DNA of 64,000 bases from Octopus sinensis (Eukaryota): the NCBI RefSeq assembly GCF_006345805.1, contig NC_042997.1, positions 158,968,001 to 159,032,000 of the forward strand, in the 5' to 3' direction. The position numbers and the translations under genes are program-made. The notes beneath the pieces are model-generated. The model had not been told where the DNA came from, did not search any database, and was given only the letters and a program-made list of their open reading frames with translations. This document shows, piece by piece, positions 1 through 13,704 of the stretch. Positions within the stretch are counted from its first letter, which is position 1; every line of letters begins with the position of its first letter.

Positions 1-625
1 GGGAGAATGTTTGACTTGTAACTGAAGAACATTATTATTCTCATAACCAAGTAAGCTGAAAACGAATTATCTTGAAATATATTTGAAATCGAACGATAAA
101 AAAACCCCTACAGATTCAGAAAAATTTATATTTCCAATTATTTTAATATTTGTTTTATCCCAATACATGAGAATGAAAAACAAACGAAAAAAAATTGAAA
201 ATAAATCTAAAAGCCAATCAGGAGAAAATGTTCTTTGATAAATAAGTGAATTATATGGAATAATATTGGTCTTTGTAATACTTGTTTCCCTGTAGTTATT
301 TCTAGCACTGAGTAAGAGAAACAGTTTGAAATATTGTCAACACGCAAAAACAAAAAAAAAACAACTTAGAAAACAGAATGAATGCTTTTCGTTCATATAT
401 TCCTAGTATATTTGAAAAAAACATTTCTTTTATCTTCCAACTAATATACATGCATCAACATTTAGTCAACACAATCATAATGTAATTGTGTTTTGCTGAT
501 ATCATTCATCGTCCTTTCAGTAGTTATTACATCGACTGGAGTATACAGGTGTAAGAGAATGGAATTAGACGTATGGAATTGATATTCTAATTCATATATA
601 TAATCCCATTAATGTTTATATTATA

Positions 626-628
<3 letters not shown>

Positions 629-711
<83 letters not shown>

Positions 712-864
712 TAAGCATGTATTTCCATATATATGTGCATATAATTTAATATCTATGTGTATGTTTGCGTTCGTATGTGTTCGCCCCGTATGTGTCTTCA
801 AGATCTCGAATTGTATGATCACGTTTCAACACGTCAGTTTCCCCTGTAAACTGCAATATAAATA

Positions 865-950
<86 letters not shown>
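629..950. repeat. two (AT)n microsatellites (about 629-709 and 867-950)
   Basis: Directly visible dinucleotide tracts; they generate the spurious IYIY ORF 755..991. Confidence 0.95.
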
Positions 951-952
<2 letters not shown>

Positions 953-1653
953 GTATGTATGTACGTATGTATTATGGAAAACTATATGTGAATTAGATAT
1001 CGAGCAGGATTAATTCAGTAAAAAGTGAAAATCTAATGATGAAATATTACAATTTTGTATTTTTGTAGAACGAGATATTGTTTAGAATTTCCTTAGATTA
1101 TAAAACATTATTCTTTTTAAATGTTTTAGCATTTCTTATTTACTATTCTCTTCACCACATAAATTGCATATTCATTAGGACGAAGTTTCATATATCCATT
1201 TATCTGTTGTATAATGTATCCATTTTGGTGAGTTCAGTATATAATTGAAGAAAAGAAGCATAAACAAATTAAACGTATATATAATATATTTCGAACTCAA
1301 TATGGTTATATTCAAGTCATTTATAAAGACATGCAAATAAAATAATTTTGCATGCCTACGTACAATTCATCAACCACTTTGAAAATAAAAGCGTCAAAGT
1401 AAATGAAGTTATATAATTTTTTTTTTTTTCCGAAATTAACTACAGTTTTCTGATTCTATAAAATCAATTTCTTTATCAACAAACTTTCTAATTCTTCAAA
1501 ATCTTATCAAATATCTATCCGCGAAAAGATATCGGATATTGTGCGAACGCATTTATACAAAATTAAACCAACAACATTCTACTTTGAATTCTTCTGCAAA
1601 CATGTAAAGTTACATATTGATTTTCTTTCAAGTTGAATAATGGATTTGAAATG

Positions 1654-1656
1654 ATG

Positions 1657-1714
<58 letters not shown>

Positions 1715-1725
1715 TAATAATAATA
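1654..1725. repeat. (TAA)n microsatellite, empty (no retroelement inserted)
   Basis: Direct reading; same motif as the tracts occupied by R4/Dong-type elements elsewhere in the window. Confidence 0.95.
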
Positions 1726-4700
1726 ATTTCTAACGTAGGCATGATGCCATTTTTTGTTGTTAAATGATATTTGAATTTATGCAATATATGACTGGTATTA
1801 TATATATTTCATCGACTCAGGGGATGGGAACACAAAGTTGCCATGGACGGGATATGAACGCGAAAAGTAAAGAGCTAGAACAATTACAACAAGGTTCTTT
1901 GTTGATGTCCAAGTGATTGTGCAAATCCACCTATCTTAGTAACAATAATGATATTTTTTATGTAGTCAGAAGGTCAGAAAGTTTGCAGAAAAGGAACAGT
2001 CTATCATATCGACCGCAGTACTACATTTGTGCTTATTTTGTCGATCCCAGATGGGAAAAAGACAGGATGGTAATGATGATGATATCTTTGGTTACGTAAT
2101 GTAAATAAACAGGAATTTCATATTGGGATACCTCTTTAAATGAGAGCGAATCTGAGATTGGAATCTTGAATGGAAAGATATTAAGATAATCTATGTATAT
2201 TATAATGCTATAAAAGAAAAGATATTGATGATCTGCCGTTCACATTTCAGAATCTTTGTGAAAAAAGTGCGTATGTATTGAGACTGCTGCTATAGATAAT
2301 TATAATGATAATGAGGAGAAAGAATTTGTTTGATAGATAAGTTAATTTTAGTAGTCAATTTGAATTGTTTGAAATTCTGCTACTTTTTCACTCTAGTCTT
2401 TAACATAGTTACTATCAAATTATTATCATCAACATTTAATACCATAATTCATTCAGCTTCATAATTGTATTAGTGTTGTATGTTAAGAAGGTCATTATAC
2501 CAATAATAAACACATACTCTCGTTCTATTTCACTTCTTTTATTATTAGTCTACTAATAAGCCATGTAACCAATTAGCTAATTGCTTAATCGTCTGGTCAA
2601 TCAGATAATCAGCTTGGTTCCCCAGCACCATTTCGTTGCCATTAGTGACTCAGCAATACCTTCTCTGCTCGAAATCTACTCACACCAGGAGTAGATACGG
2701 CTGGCCATTAATGTAGTCACGAATGATTAAATAATAATGAAAGAAGCGAAATAGAACTAGTACTTGTGATTATTATTGGCATAATGACCTTTCCAACACA
2801 CAACATCTGTTTCAACACACGATTTTATATCAATGTTCGAAGCCGAGTACAAACACCAAATGTCATAATTACAATTTATCTTTAAGAAAAATTAGCTTTA
2901 AAGGTATTTCTCATAGAGGAAATAGATCAAAATTTGATTTCTTAGCATCTATTTTAAAATTAATATTTTCTTTAGTTTCAACACATATATTAAAGAACTA
3001 TGCGTTGAAACTATTCAAAGTTCACCTTCTTCCTAGAATGTTTTAACTTGCTTTACAGAACCATCACCTGCTAGTTTCTGGATTTATTTCTATCTATATC
3101 AACTCGTAAGATGCAAATGTATTTGCACTACGAAATACATATTAGTCGAACAGTATTAATGTTTTAATGCAGTTTAAAGCCTGTGAGATTATTCGATTTT
3201 TTTTAAATTTAATTAATAAATGCCATAGTCATCCAGTATTGCTTAGTCAATACTGGCATCACATTTCCTCTCTTCGTTTAAATAGGTTTTAGTCACAATA
3301 GCTTCCTTCAAGATATCTAGCATTTTGCCTAACACACCGAACACAATATCATGGAAGTTTTCAGTTATCATTTTATTACTATGTTCAAATCCCGTCAAGG
3401 AATCGGTTCAATGTCTGTTTTTATATCGCCATAGTCGGTCATAAATATATCAGTCAAACACTGGTATGGGATTGAGTATTTTGTCAATGTATGAAAATGT
3501 TATTATCAATACCATGATTATTAATCATTATCAAAGTTACTGATGCTGCTGCTACAACAACAACTACTACTACTACTACTACTAATACTACTATCTATGA
3601 CTACCATTTTTGAGATTCATGTGCTGAAATTACGTTCAAATTTACGGCACCGTTATTATACGATACTTGAAGTCAAAAGTTGAGAAAAGAAAACATATGG
3701 CATTTTTTCTGTTTATATTTGTATTCACTTCCCCTTCTGTAGAGCTCTTTAATTATTCTATATTCCAAATAAAAGTCTTGTTCTGAGATGCATAAAAATT
3801 GTAAGCGTGCATGCGTTGGTGTACATATGTATTTCTCTGCGTGTGCTTGTGTGTGTGTATAATGTTACTTGTACATATGTATTTATACAAAAAAATATAT
3901 TTAAAACGGTTTGTGCAGACACATAGATATGTGTGTCTGTGTGCACGTGCGTAGTGTATGTATGCGATGTGTATATGTTTATACAAATCTAGTGACCTAA
4001 AAATAAATGTATACATATATAATTATGTGTAGGAATTTATAAAGGTGTTTACATACTTATATAAGCCTACAAAAACTCAGTTATAATTTTTCAGCGATAT
4101 AACTAAATTAATATTTCTTAGGAAATACTAAAATCAGTTTTGAAACGGAAAAAGCATCGTAAAGTTTTATTCATTTTTTTTTTTTTTTGCTTTTCTTTTT
4201 TTTTTCTGACCTATCGACAACACACTGGTTTTGGAGTGGAATATTAACGACAGAAAGTATGTTTTTAGCGCAGTCGTGAACCTGTTAATTCATCTCACTA
4301 TCCTTTGCTTAAGTAAATTGTCTGTAAACTACAATGCCAAATATTCAGCAGCAATATTCATTAATAAATTTAAAATATCGTTAGACAAAAAATAAGTTTT
4401 TTTTCTTTTATTTATTACTACTTAGAAAGATTTTACCAACACATAAATATACAAAACACAAATATTGCTAGCCGATAGCTGTTGTTAAAAAGGGAACAGT
4501 TTATAACGTTGTAAAATATATTTTTGCAGCTCAGAGGTGTGAAATGAAGAAATAACTGAGGTAAAAAAAAATTATACATATATAAAAGAGCATGGGTATT
4601 TCTATGCATATGAGAATATTTATACACATACACACACATGTATATATATATATGTAACCTAAGTTATTGATTTTTCTTTCTTATTCTAACTTTGTCTGTA

Positions 4701-5172
4701 ATTGCTGTGTCGGTGGTAATATTTGCAAACACACTACAAGCACATACAGGCATACACACGCGAGGATCACTTCATTTCTTTAAAGAGAAACATACGTTTA
4801 AAACTAAATTTTGATATATTTGCCAGTATTAAATAAGAGTGAAAACTACTTCACTTTGACAGTAATTGGGTAACTGTAAAAAGATAATCAAATAGTCAAA
4901 TGTACAATGACTTTTGAAGAAGAAACTACGAACAAATATGAAGCCAAACCTAACGTTTGAATTAAAGTGTATATTGTTATAGTGTATATAAATATGAAAT
5001 TATTCTTCACATGTATTTAGTGATAATAATAGTGTAATTTTTATCCTTGTAGATACACTATTAATTAACAACTTGTGATACGGAGTTTATTGTATTATAA
5101 TTTCATAATTATGTATATAATGACAATTTAATATACAATTACCTAAACTGAAGATTATACGCATTTAGCTTT

Positions 5173-5194
5173 GTTTGTGTGTGTGTGTGTGTGT

Positions 5195-5228
<34 letters not shown>
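5173..5228. repeat. (TG)n microsatellite
   Basis: Direct reading. Confidence 0.95.
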
Positions 5229-5230
<2 letters not shown>

Positions 5231-5942
5231 TGTGCATATCTATTTGTTTGTCTGTATACCTGTATGTCTATGTGTGCATAATTGCTGTATGTTTCCTTTT
5301 AAAGAAATTAGGAAAGAAACACAATATGTGGCGAAGTACAAAGTCTATAGTTGTAGATTGAGTGTATTCAAGTTAGCGGCAGAAAAACAAGACGAGAGAC
5401 GGAATGAAAGCTTGGATGACTGAAACACTTATGTGCTATCTACATAATGATAATCTTAATAGTTTTGATAAAATAAAATACTGGTTGGGAAACAATCATT
5501 TTAACTATTTCTTAGACGTGTTAGTTTGTATTTTCTCAATACATTTCTTAGCTTGTATTTCTCAAGTATTATGTTTAAAAACTAAAACTAAATGTTTCAC
5601 TTTTCTTATCAACGTTGTTTGACCGATTTACTATGAACGAAAACAATAACCAAAATGAATTCATTCTTGTTTAGAATTAATTTTAATGTTTGTTATTTGG
5701 TCATTTCATTCTTAGTTCTACTTTGTTAATATATCCTGACTAATTGATTATATTTAAATAAAACATTTTTATCCTTTAATTATGAAGTTGTTGCTTTTAA
5801 TATTTTCGCTTTCTTCATACCTTCCTACACCACATACACACACGCACACACTCACACATACACACTTGTAAACATATATATATGTCGCCATGATAGATCG
5901 TTAGCCACTACATACATTTTTTCTCCTTGTTTTTCTGTGTCC

Positions 5943-5978
5943 CTTTCTGTAGTAGAGCGTAGGCTCGAAACGTAAAAG
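5943..5978 (+). ncRNA. degenerate minimal type-I hammerhead-like motif in a short repeat (about 5900-6067)
   Basis: CTTT-[CTGTAGT]-A-GAGC/GTAG/GCTC-GAAA-C-GTA-AAAG: stem I CTTT/AAAG, stem II GAGC/GCTC, palindromic ACGT stem III. The core deviates from CUGANGA at A6 and A9. Confidence 0.5.
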
Positions 5979-6066
5979 ACTTTTTCTATTCCTGAGCGTT
6001 ATACTAATACATCTGTTTGTCTTGTACACCATCTGTCTTCGTCTTTTGTTTTTTCGTGAACTCTCC

Positions 6067-6167
<101 letters not shown>

Positions 6168-7392
6168 GCAGAAGCAAGAAGGTAATTCAAGGGCAGAGAG
6201 ATTTGCGCGTTAGCAATTAAGTAACATATATTCTTTTATTTGTTTCAGTCATTTTACTGCGGCCATGCTAGACCACATGAATTCTCTGTGTCTCAAGCTT
6301 CACTATTTTGACTTCAAAGCCAGATAAAGTCGATTTTGCTTTTCAGCCCGTTGAAGTTTAATGGAAAAATGCCTATAAAATATTCAATTTAATATTGATG
6401 GTAAGAACATCGTGTTGTGGTAAACAGATATTTATATGGCCGCTTCTAAGTGAATCAGTAATGATAACATATTTGGGGTGAAGTCATTCTAAAGGACCAC
6501 TTATAATATGCGAGGCATCGCGTGTTTGTCTTATAAACCTATATTTAAACTAGGACAACAGAAATTCCGAAATGTGTTCCCAGTTCACCAGACACTGCTC
6601 CTTTAACGCTACATTAGCTAATTCCTCTGATTCTAAACAAATATAGATAAACAGTAACCCAAATCTACTTTCCGACTTCTCACAATAATGCATAAAATAA
6701 AATACAACTAACCAGCACATGGTATAAAAAAAACATTGTAAAATATAGAAACTACGTAAAAAATAATTTTGGGTAACACTCATGTGTATGATGCCAATTC
6801 AGAATGATATAAACACTAATGTAAAAGCAATATATTATATTCAGCACGTCTTGTGTCACTATTACTTCGGTGGATAATACTTTCACATGTGCCGAGAATA
6901 TAAAATAGCATTTTACTTCAATATCGATGTATAGTCCACCTGTGTATGGAAACGAAAATATCACAACGAAAGACATAATGACGATGGGAAGAGCACGACT
7001 TCTTTCCAAATTACGAGAGCAAAGGGCAACAACGATCGCACGTTGATTAGACCAACCACCTTCCTCTTGTTTCTGAACATGTCTTGTCATATAGGCAAAA
7101 CCATGGTATATCCGGAAAGAAGGAGCTTTACAGCCTGCTAGCTTAAAATTGACCTGAACCTAACGGTATTAAATTCAATAAATAAATGACTATCAATCCG
7201 TTACATCTGTTTCATGTCAAATATTTTTGCATTAAATTCTTGTCATTTATTTTATAAATTCGAATTCATTCTTATTTTCTTTCAGTAGAAGAACCACTTC
7301 ATAAATTTACATTGAAATACTACATTTTTATGTAGATTAAATTATATGATCGCAAGATTATATGCACTATCACAGTGTTAGTGCTGTCCTGA

Positions 7393-7664
<272 letters not shown>

Positions 7665-7689
7665 TGTGGCGAGCCAGGATTTTGAATCC

Positions 7690-8370
7690 TGCTTGTATTC
7701 TTCTTACATATGTACAAACATTCATACATGCCATTTGTAACTTTCATGTAAAAGGCATCTTCTGGCACGCAGAGATGGGGACGAACTGTTGCTTTGCACA
7801 TACAAAGCTCATGCAGAACGGTACACATGGAAAAACACACCTCCAACAAGATAGGACAAAATCATGCCCGGAGGAACTCTTATCACACTACAGGCCTGCA
7901 TTAAAGCCCAAAAATCTGTATGTAGATGTGAGCACAGAACAACAAAATTTTGAAAATATCGCACAACTAAGCAACAAACACCCACACACAATAGACCCAG
8001 AAATAACAGAGCCAGGATGGCTATCAATGGCGCAGTGCTGGCAATCACAATAATTCTTCTTATAAATATTAAAAGCCTTCTACAAAGCAACAGCAAATAC
8101 AACATTGCATACTTGTGGGATCTTTTTGCATGGAATCAAGCGATATGCATTGCAGGAGACACATCACTCTGCAGTTTGGGTTGCATAGGACCACAACTGT
8201 TTAAAATCCTGCAAAACAACCTCAGATATTTGCGCGGTGTAGATCTGAAAATCTCCAAACAACACCTAGACAAATTTCTATCTGAAATCTCAGACGAACA
8301 CACATTGTGACAGGAGGTACAAAGAAGATCAGGTCCGTCCAACTCGCTTCTTCACCAAAAATAGAACAGA
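7690..8370 (+). mobile_element. CR1/L2-like LINE remnant (3' end recognisable)
   Basis: ORF 8017..8310 ends GPQLFKILQNNLRYLRGVDLKISKQHLDKFLSEISDE, followed by ..RRSGPSNSL, the typical C-terminus of CR1-group ORF2. The upstream part is less certain. Confidence 0.6.
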
Positions 8371-8468
8371 AAAGAAACACCAAAACACTGGAAAGCGGTG
8401 CTCCAGCATGGCTCCACCCTCTGGCTGAAACCAAAAGCAGTAGCAGTGTAACAGAGTAAAGGCTACAT

Positions 8469-8553
<85 letters not shown>

Positions 8554-8582
8554 TATATTATATTATATTATATAGAGGGTAC

Positions 8583-8904
8583 TATTATTCATAGATACCG
8601 CACGCTAGGAGGGACTTTTGCAGTCAAAACTACTAAAATAAACAAACTGTACCGAATGCAAAACTTCAAAACGAGTCATTTAAAAACAGAATTTAGTTAT
8701 ATATCACCTGTGATTTCGCAATCTATGCAGAATATTCATTCTATGCTCTTCAGTGCAACGAACCCAAGACATATAATATGTGATATGTAACTAAATTCTG
8801 TTTTTAAATGACTCGCTTTGAAGTTTTGCATTCGGTACAATTTGTTTATTTTAGTAGTTTTGACTGCAAAAGTCCCTCCTAGCGTGCGGTATCTATGAAT
8901 AATA
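8583..8904. mobile_element. MITE-like foldback element with 125-bp terminal inverted repeats, TA at both ends
   Basis: 8583-8707 is the reverse complement of 8780-8904 with 3 mismatches; 72-nt spacer; both ends finish in TA (Tc1/mariner-type TSD). Confidence 0.8.
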
Positions 8905-9025
8905 TAAATAAGTATTTTCAAAGTTGAAAAAATTTACAGATTTTTTCTCTTACGAGGTTTTTCACGCTAACTACTGATAATTTCTTATAAAGATTTTATC
9001 CTTATTTTTAAAAAATATATATATA

Positions 9026-10288
9026 TTTGGTTGATTCATAAATAATTTCCGTTTGTTTGGGAAGTAAATTGTAATGACACATTTCGAATTTCAGATGTTC
9101 AAAATTGAAATGGAAGCTACTGTTTTTAAAAAGCTTTATCTGTCATTCGTAATTAAGCAGAGAAAGTGTGCACATCATCGTTTAATATTAAATTTCACTC
9201 CCCTAAAGTGGAAGAACTGGAAGTGCATATTCAACATGTGATGTTTTGAGAGTTTAAGACTGGAAAGAAAACGCCACGGAAACAGCAAAGAATATATGCA
9301 GTGTTTATGGCCAAGGTGCCTTTACTGACCAGCAAGTGCGTAATTGGTTTTCAAAGTTTCGTCCCAGAGATAAGTCATTGAGAGACGACGCTCATCAGAC
9401 TTCGATCATGATACTTTAAGAGAATTAGTGGAATTCAGACCTTTTAAAAGTACTTGAGAATTAGCAGTTGACCTCAACAATCCCAATCAATCATCTGCCG
9501 CCACTTTGAAAGAATAGGGTAAGTCAGCAAGCTGGGTGTTTGGGTTCCCCGTACTCTTAGTGAGAAGAATAGGGAAGATCACATGTCCAGAGGGACAAGT
9601 GTTCTTACAAGATAGAAAAATGATACGTTTCTCAATAATATCATTGCAAGTGATGGAAAATGGGTCTTTTATGACAATTCTCAATGCAAAAGGCAGTGGA
9701 CTGATAAGGATAAATCTCTACAACCTATCTCAAAGGCTGAGTTCTATGGAAGGAGAGTTATGTTGTGTGTATGGTGGAATCAATGCAGTATTATTCATTT
9801 TGTATTTTTCAACCGCAATCAAACATTAAAGCCGACATATACTCTCAACAGCTGCAACATGTACATGAAAATCTTTTAAGAAAATACTCTGCACTCGTCA
9901 ATAGGAGAAACATTGTGCTTTTCCGTGATAACGCAAGACCACATTGAGCAAGGACCTTGCAGGATAAAATATTGGATTTGGGTTGGTGTGTTCTACTTCT
10001 TCCACCATATTCACTGGATCTTACACCTACTAATTTCCATATTTTTCGTTCTCTACAAAATGCTCGGATGAGGAAAACTTTTCTCAAGAAAATCAAATGA
10101 AAGCGTATGTGGAAAGCTTCTTCATGTCAAAGCCAGCTGAATTTTACTCGCGAGGAATCAAAAAGCTACCTGATAAATGGCAAGAGGTCATTCAAAATAA
10201 TGGCAACTATACTGATAATTGAAAATAATTCTTTGTATAATCTATTCATGAATAAAGGTATTTAATAAAATCGGAAATTTTATTAAAC

Positions 10289-10293
<5 letters not shown>
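9026..10293 (+). mobile_element. mariner DNA transposon relic (transposase pseudogene)
   Basis: Reading through stops and frameshifts gives ..ETAKNICSVYGQG..QVRNWFSKFR, WVP, SDGKWVFYDN, VMLCVWW, RDNARPH, PPYSLDLTPTNFH, GIKKLPDKWQEVIQNNG. Imperfect TIRs at about 9026-9051 and 10270-10293 lie in TA context. Confidence 0.9.
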
Positions 10294-10326
<33 letters not shown>

Positions 10327-10904
10327 TGAGTATATATATATGTATATATATATATGTGTGTGTATGTATGTATATGTGTGTGTGTATGTATATGTGTGTG
10401 ATCGTGTGAGCGTGTGTATGTGTCATTTACACTTTGTACTTCAGCGGTAATAAATTTCAAGGTTAAAACTGAAATTCTAATTATGTATATCATAGTTTCT
10501 ATTCTCTGTACTATAACTTCCACGTTTGCATATTTTTCCAGGTAGCATGTTAGATACTAAATACATGAGAATCGCCGTTGGACATAAAAGGGTGGTGATA
10601 ATCTGACAAATTCTTGGCTAGTCAGCCCATATAATACCCACCGTATTGTGTCAATAACTAAGAAATTTTAACTAACCGCAGGAATTTAAAGCAGCAACAT
10701 CACTTTAAATCAAATTAAGATACATTTCCTTTATTATGCTTCCATTTCGTTTCTCAATCGAGGAAAAGTGGGTCTTTCAGATGACATGCTCTAGATACAC
10801 TTTCTGAATATAATATTTTTACGTTGCACCAAGGATCTAATAGGATAAAAGAGGTTACATACATAACATGAATATCCAGGAAGAAACATGTTTGAAATAA
10901 CACA

Positions 10905-11125
10905 TCAACACTGATCTCAAATTTTGGTACAAGGCCAGGAATTTCGAGGAAGGGGATAAGTCGATCACATTGACTCCAGTATTCAACGGGTACTTATTTT
11001 ATCGCCCCCACCAAAATAATAAAACAAAACATGAAGTCGACTTTGAACTCAGATCGTTAAGACAAACGAAATGCCACTTAGTTTCTTTCTGCCCGGAGTG
11101 CTAACGGTTCCTCCAGCTCGCTGTC
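10905..11125 (-). mobile_element. tRNA-related SINE (family 2)
   Basis: Reverse-complement similarity to the copy at 27343-27568. Confidence 0.75.
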
Positions 11126-12149
11126 ATGGTAATATTATCGCTTATAATTGTATTTTGCTACACTTTTGAAGGTGAAGCATAATTTATGTCCATGCTCAGG
11201 ATATAAGATATCCTTCCAATGAAATATCAGATATCAGTGAGAAAAGCCTCGAGTGAGATTCTTTTGTGTAAGCCTTATTCTGTTTGAAAATGTTACTTGT
11301 TCATGATTTCCCTCTAAATATTCGAATGCATATACCTATTTCTGCGAGATATTAACTAGATAATAGGCATTGTGCTTCCTTTATAAATAACAAATACAGA
11401 TTCCATATATAAACATACAAAACAAACACGCAATTCGTGCAAGGGATACTTCCATTAAGCAGAACTTATTGAATTAACGTCACATCTATGGCATCATATC
11501 CTTAAGGTAGTAATATTCTATCATGATTATATATCAGGTTAAATTTAAACCCTGCTGTATCACCATAATGGTTCGTCATATTTCTGTTGATTACTCTGCT
11601 ATTTATAATAGCAATTCAAAAATGTCTCTAAAATTCACGTGTTTGATAAGTAATTAAACATTACATCTCTATCGATACATTCTGCGATTGTCATATGTAA
11701 GGAGCATAAATTACTTCAGTTATCGATAACTTGATAATCCCATTAACTTTGGAACGGTTAATTATGAAATATATTTAGTAGTTGACAGTAACTGTGCAAA
11801 CCATTATAATGGTGCTTAAAAGATATCATTCAATCTCTTAATTATTAACTCATTAGATCATTTATAGAAATTGCCCTCGTAATTGCTGAGATTATCTTTT
11901 ATTATCTACTTATGACTTTGTCTATGAAATGACGGGCCAAGAGAAATGTCTAAACTAATTAAAGAGACAATTTTGTAAACTTATAAATTTGAATATCAAT
12001 TGGCAAGGGAATATCGTAGCATATTAGTGAGAGTTCGAATATGGTTCCCCTTGTTAGCAAATAAGAAAGAAATGAATGCATACACGGCGTATTTAGTTAC
12101 CGTTTCGAGATTTTGACAAAAATGGCTGTTTATGGAGGTACTTTTGTTT

Positions 12150-12650
12150 ACTTCCAGATGAACTCAGTGTAAGTTTATGAGAATAAGAGTTCAAGTCACG
12201 GATATCCTGTCTATTTATGTGTATGCTAGACAGTATGGTATGATTTGGGGGAGCTTTTGCTTATCTCTCTTGCAGGGAGAATATATAGAAGCTCTGTTAT
12301 TTAGTTCGAGAACTATACAAGTTCTCATATAATTTGGTCTTGAGTTCCAATACTTTGTTATGTGATTAGGCAATCCATAATTTTCTATGTATCGTATTTT
12401 ACTAAGATTTTAACAATATTCTTAATAGTCTAAACAGATTATTTACTGTCCTGCAGGAGATATAAATTTTCCCTGGCCAAAAGAGGATGGTGGGGCGGTT
12501 TTCATCATGGATTCAGTTGGTAACCTGGTGCATACTACATGTAACAAGAGCTGTTTGACAAAACTCCACAAATCAGCAATGCATGACCACTGGACGAGTG
12601 CGTGGAAAAATGGTTTCGCTGTTTTGCGTGCTTTTAAGCCTGGTTAACGG
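12150..12650 (+). pseudogene. possible very old LINE apurinic-endonuclease remnant
   Basis: Frame reading IIYCPAGDINFPW (about 12430-12470) and an upstream GGAFAY-like stretch resemble APE motifs GDFNFP and GGV. Many stops; weak. Confidence 0.3.
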
Positions 12651-12978
12651 TACTTCCATACCTCTAGAGTTTGTCCTTAGCTGGAAACGTCATTTATATG
12701 CTAGCACTACCGGGGATTTTCAGATATTATCCAACTTTCCTGTTCCAAAAGTTCTTTAGGATAGCTCAACCTGTTGATTCTCATCATTCTTTCCTATCCC
12801 TCCACTCGAATACATCGCCATAATGGAAATTCCATCTATTACATTGTCCAAAGGTTAGAGATTGTGAGTTCCTTGTAACATTCCAGGGGGTAGGTTCCAG
12901 TCTTAGTCACCGCATAACCCAGTACTACATACGTTATTTACGTTTGACGGATATTAGTCCTCATCTACTTTGTTGTTA

Positions 12979-13020
12979 ACATAAAGTTTCCACTCATACC
13001 CTCTAGCCTTCATCAGGTGT
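12979..13020 (-). ncRNA. degenerate minimal hammerhead-like motif
   Basis: Minus strand ACAC-CTGATGA-A-(18 nt)-GAAAC-TTT-ATGT: intact CUGAUGA and GAAAC, partial stem I, stem II broken. Confidence 0.4.
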
Positions 13021-13053
13021 CTTGGGGAAATTTCGAACCTGGGTTCTCATTCC

Positions 13054-13087
<34 letters not shown>

Positions 13088-13090
<3 letters not shown>

Positions 13091-13618
13091 TAGTTTTATT
13101 TTTATAGCGTGCTTTCACTTCACTACCGAGCGCAGCTCTGTGTGCCTTTGGTATGTGCTGTGATTTGTTGTGATGCTCTGATGGTTATTGTATGGAAAGT
13201 GTTCTGCGTAGGATGTGTGCAGTGCCTAGTAGTGCAATTTTCTGTATGTTATATGTGTTTGTAAGTCCTGGTATTTTTGTTATGTATTTGTCTGAATATT
13301 TTTTATCATGCCTAATGCACCTACTATGATAGGAATTGTTTCTGTTTTTAGATTCCACATTCTGGTTACCTCTATTTCCAGGTCTTTGTATTTTGAAAGT
13401 TTCTCCATTTCTTTTAGAGACACGTTGTCATCTGCCGGTATTGATACATCAATTAGAAAGCATTTCTTTTCTTCATGATCTCTGACAACTATATCTGGTA
13501 TGTTGGCCTTAATTTCTCTATCTGTGTGTATCGGCATATCCCAGAGTATGGTTGCTTTCTCGTTTTCTGTGACCTTTTCTGGTGTGTGCCTATACCATCT
13601 TTTTTCTGTTGTTATTCC
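13088..13618 (-). mobile_element. R4/Dong-type RLE non-LTR retrotransposon family A, 5'-truncated copy A1
   Basis: ORF 13280..13831 contains WDMPIHTDREIKANIPDIVV..DVSIP..KLSKYKDL (PD-(D/E)xK endonuclease); the family A 3' UTR ends in (TAA)n. Confidence 0.92.
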
Positions 13619-13650
13619 CCAGCTTTCATCAGTTGTCTTGGAGAAATTTC

Positions 13651-13699
<49 letters not shown>

Positions 13700-13704
<5 letters not shown>

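Noticed and set aside
2675-2697. Hairpin ATCTACTC-7 nt-GAGTAGAT
   Set aside because: An 8-bp stem is expected by chance in 64 kb and has no supporting context.
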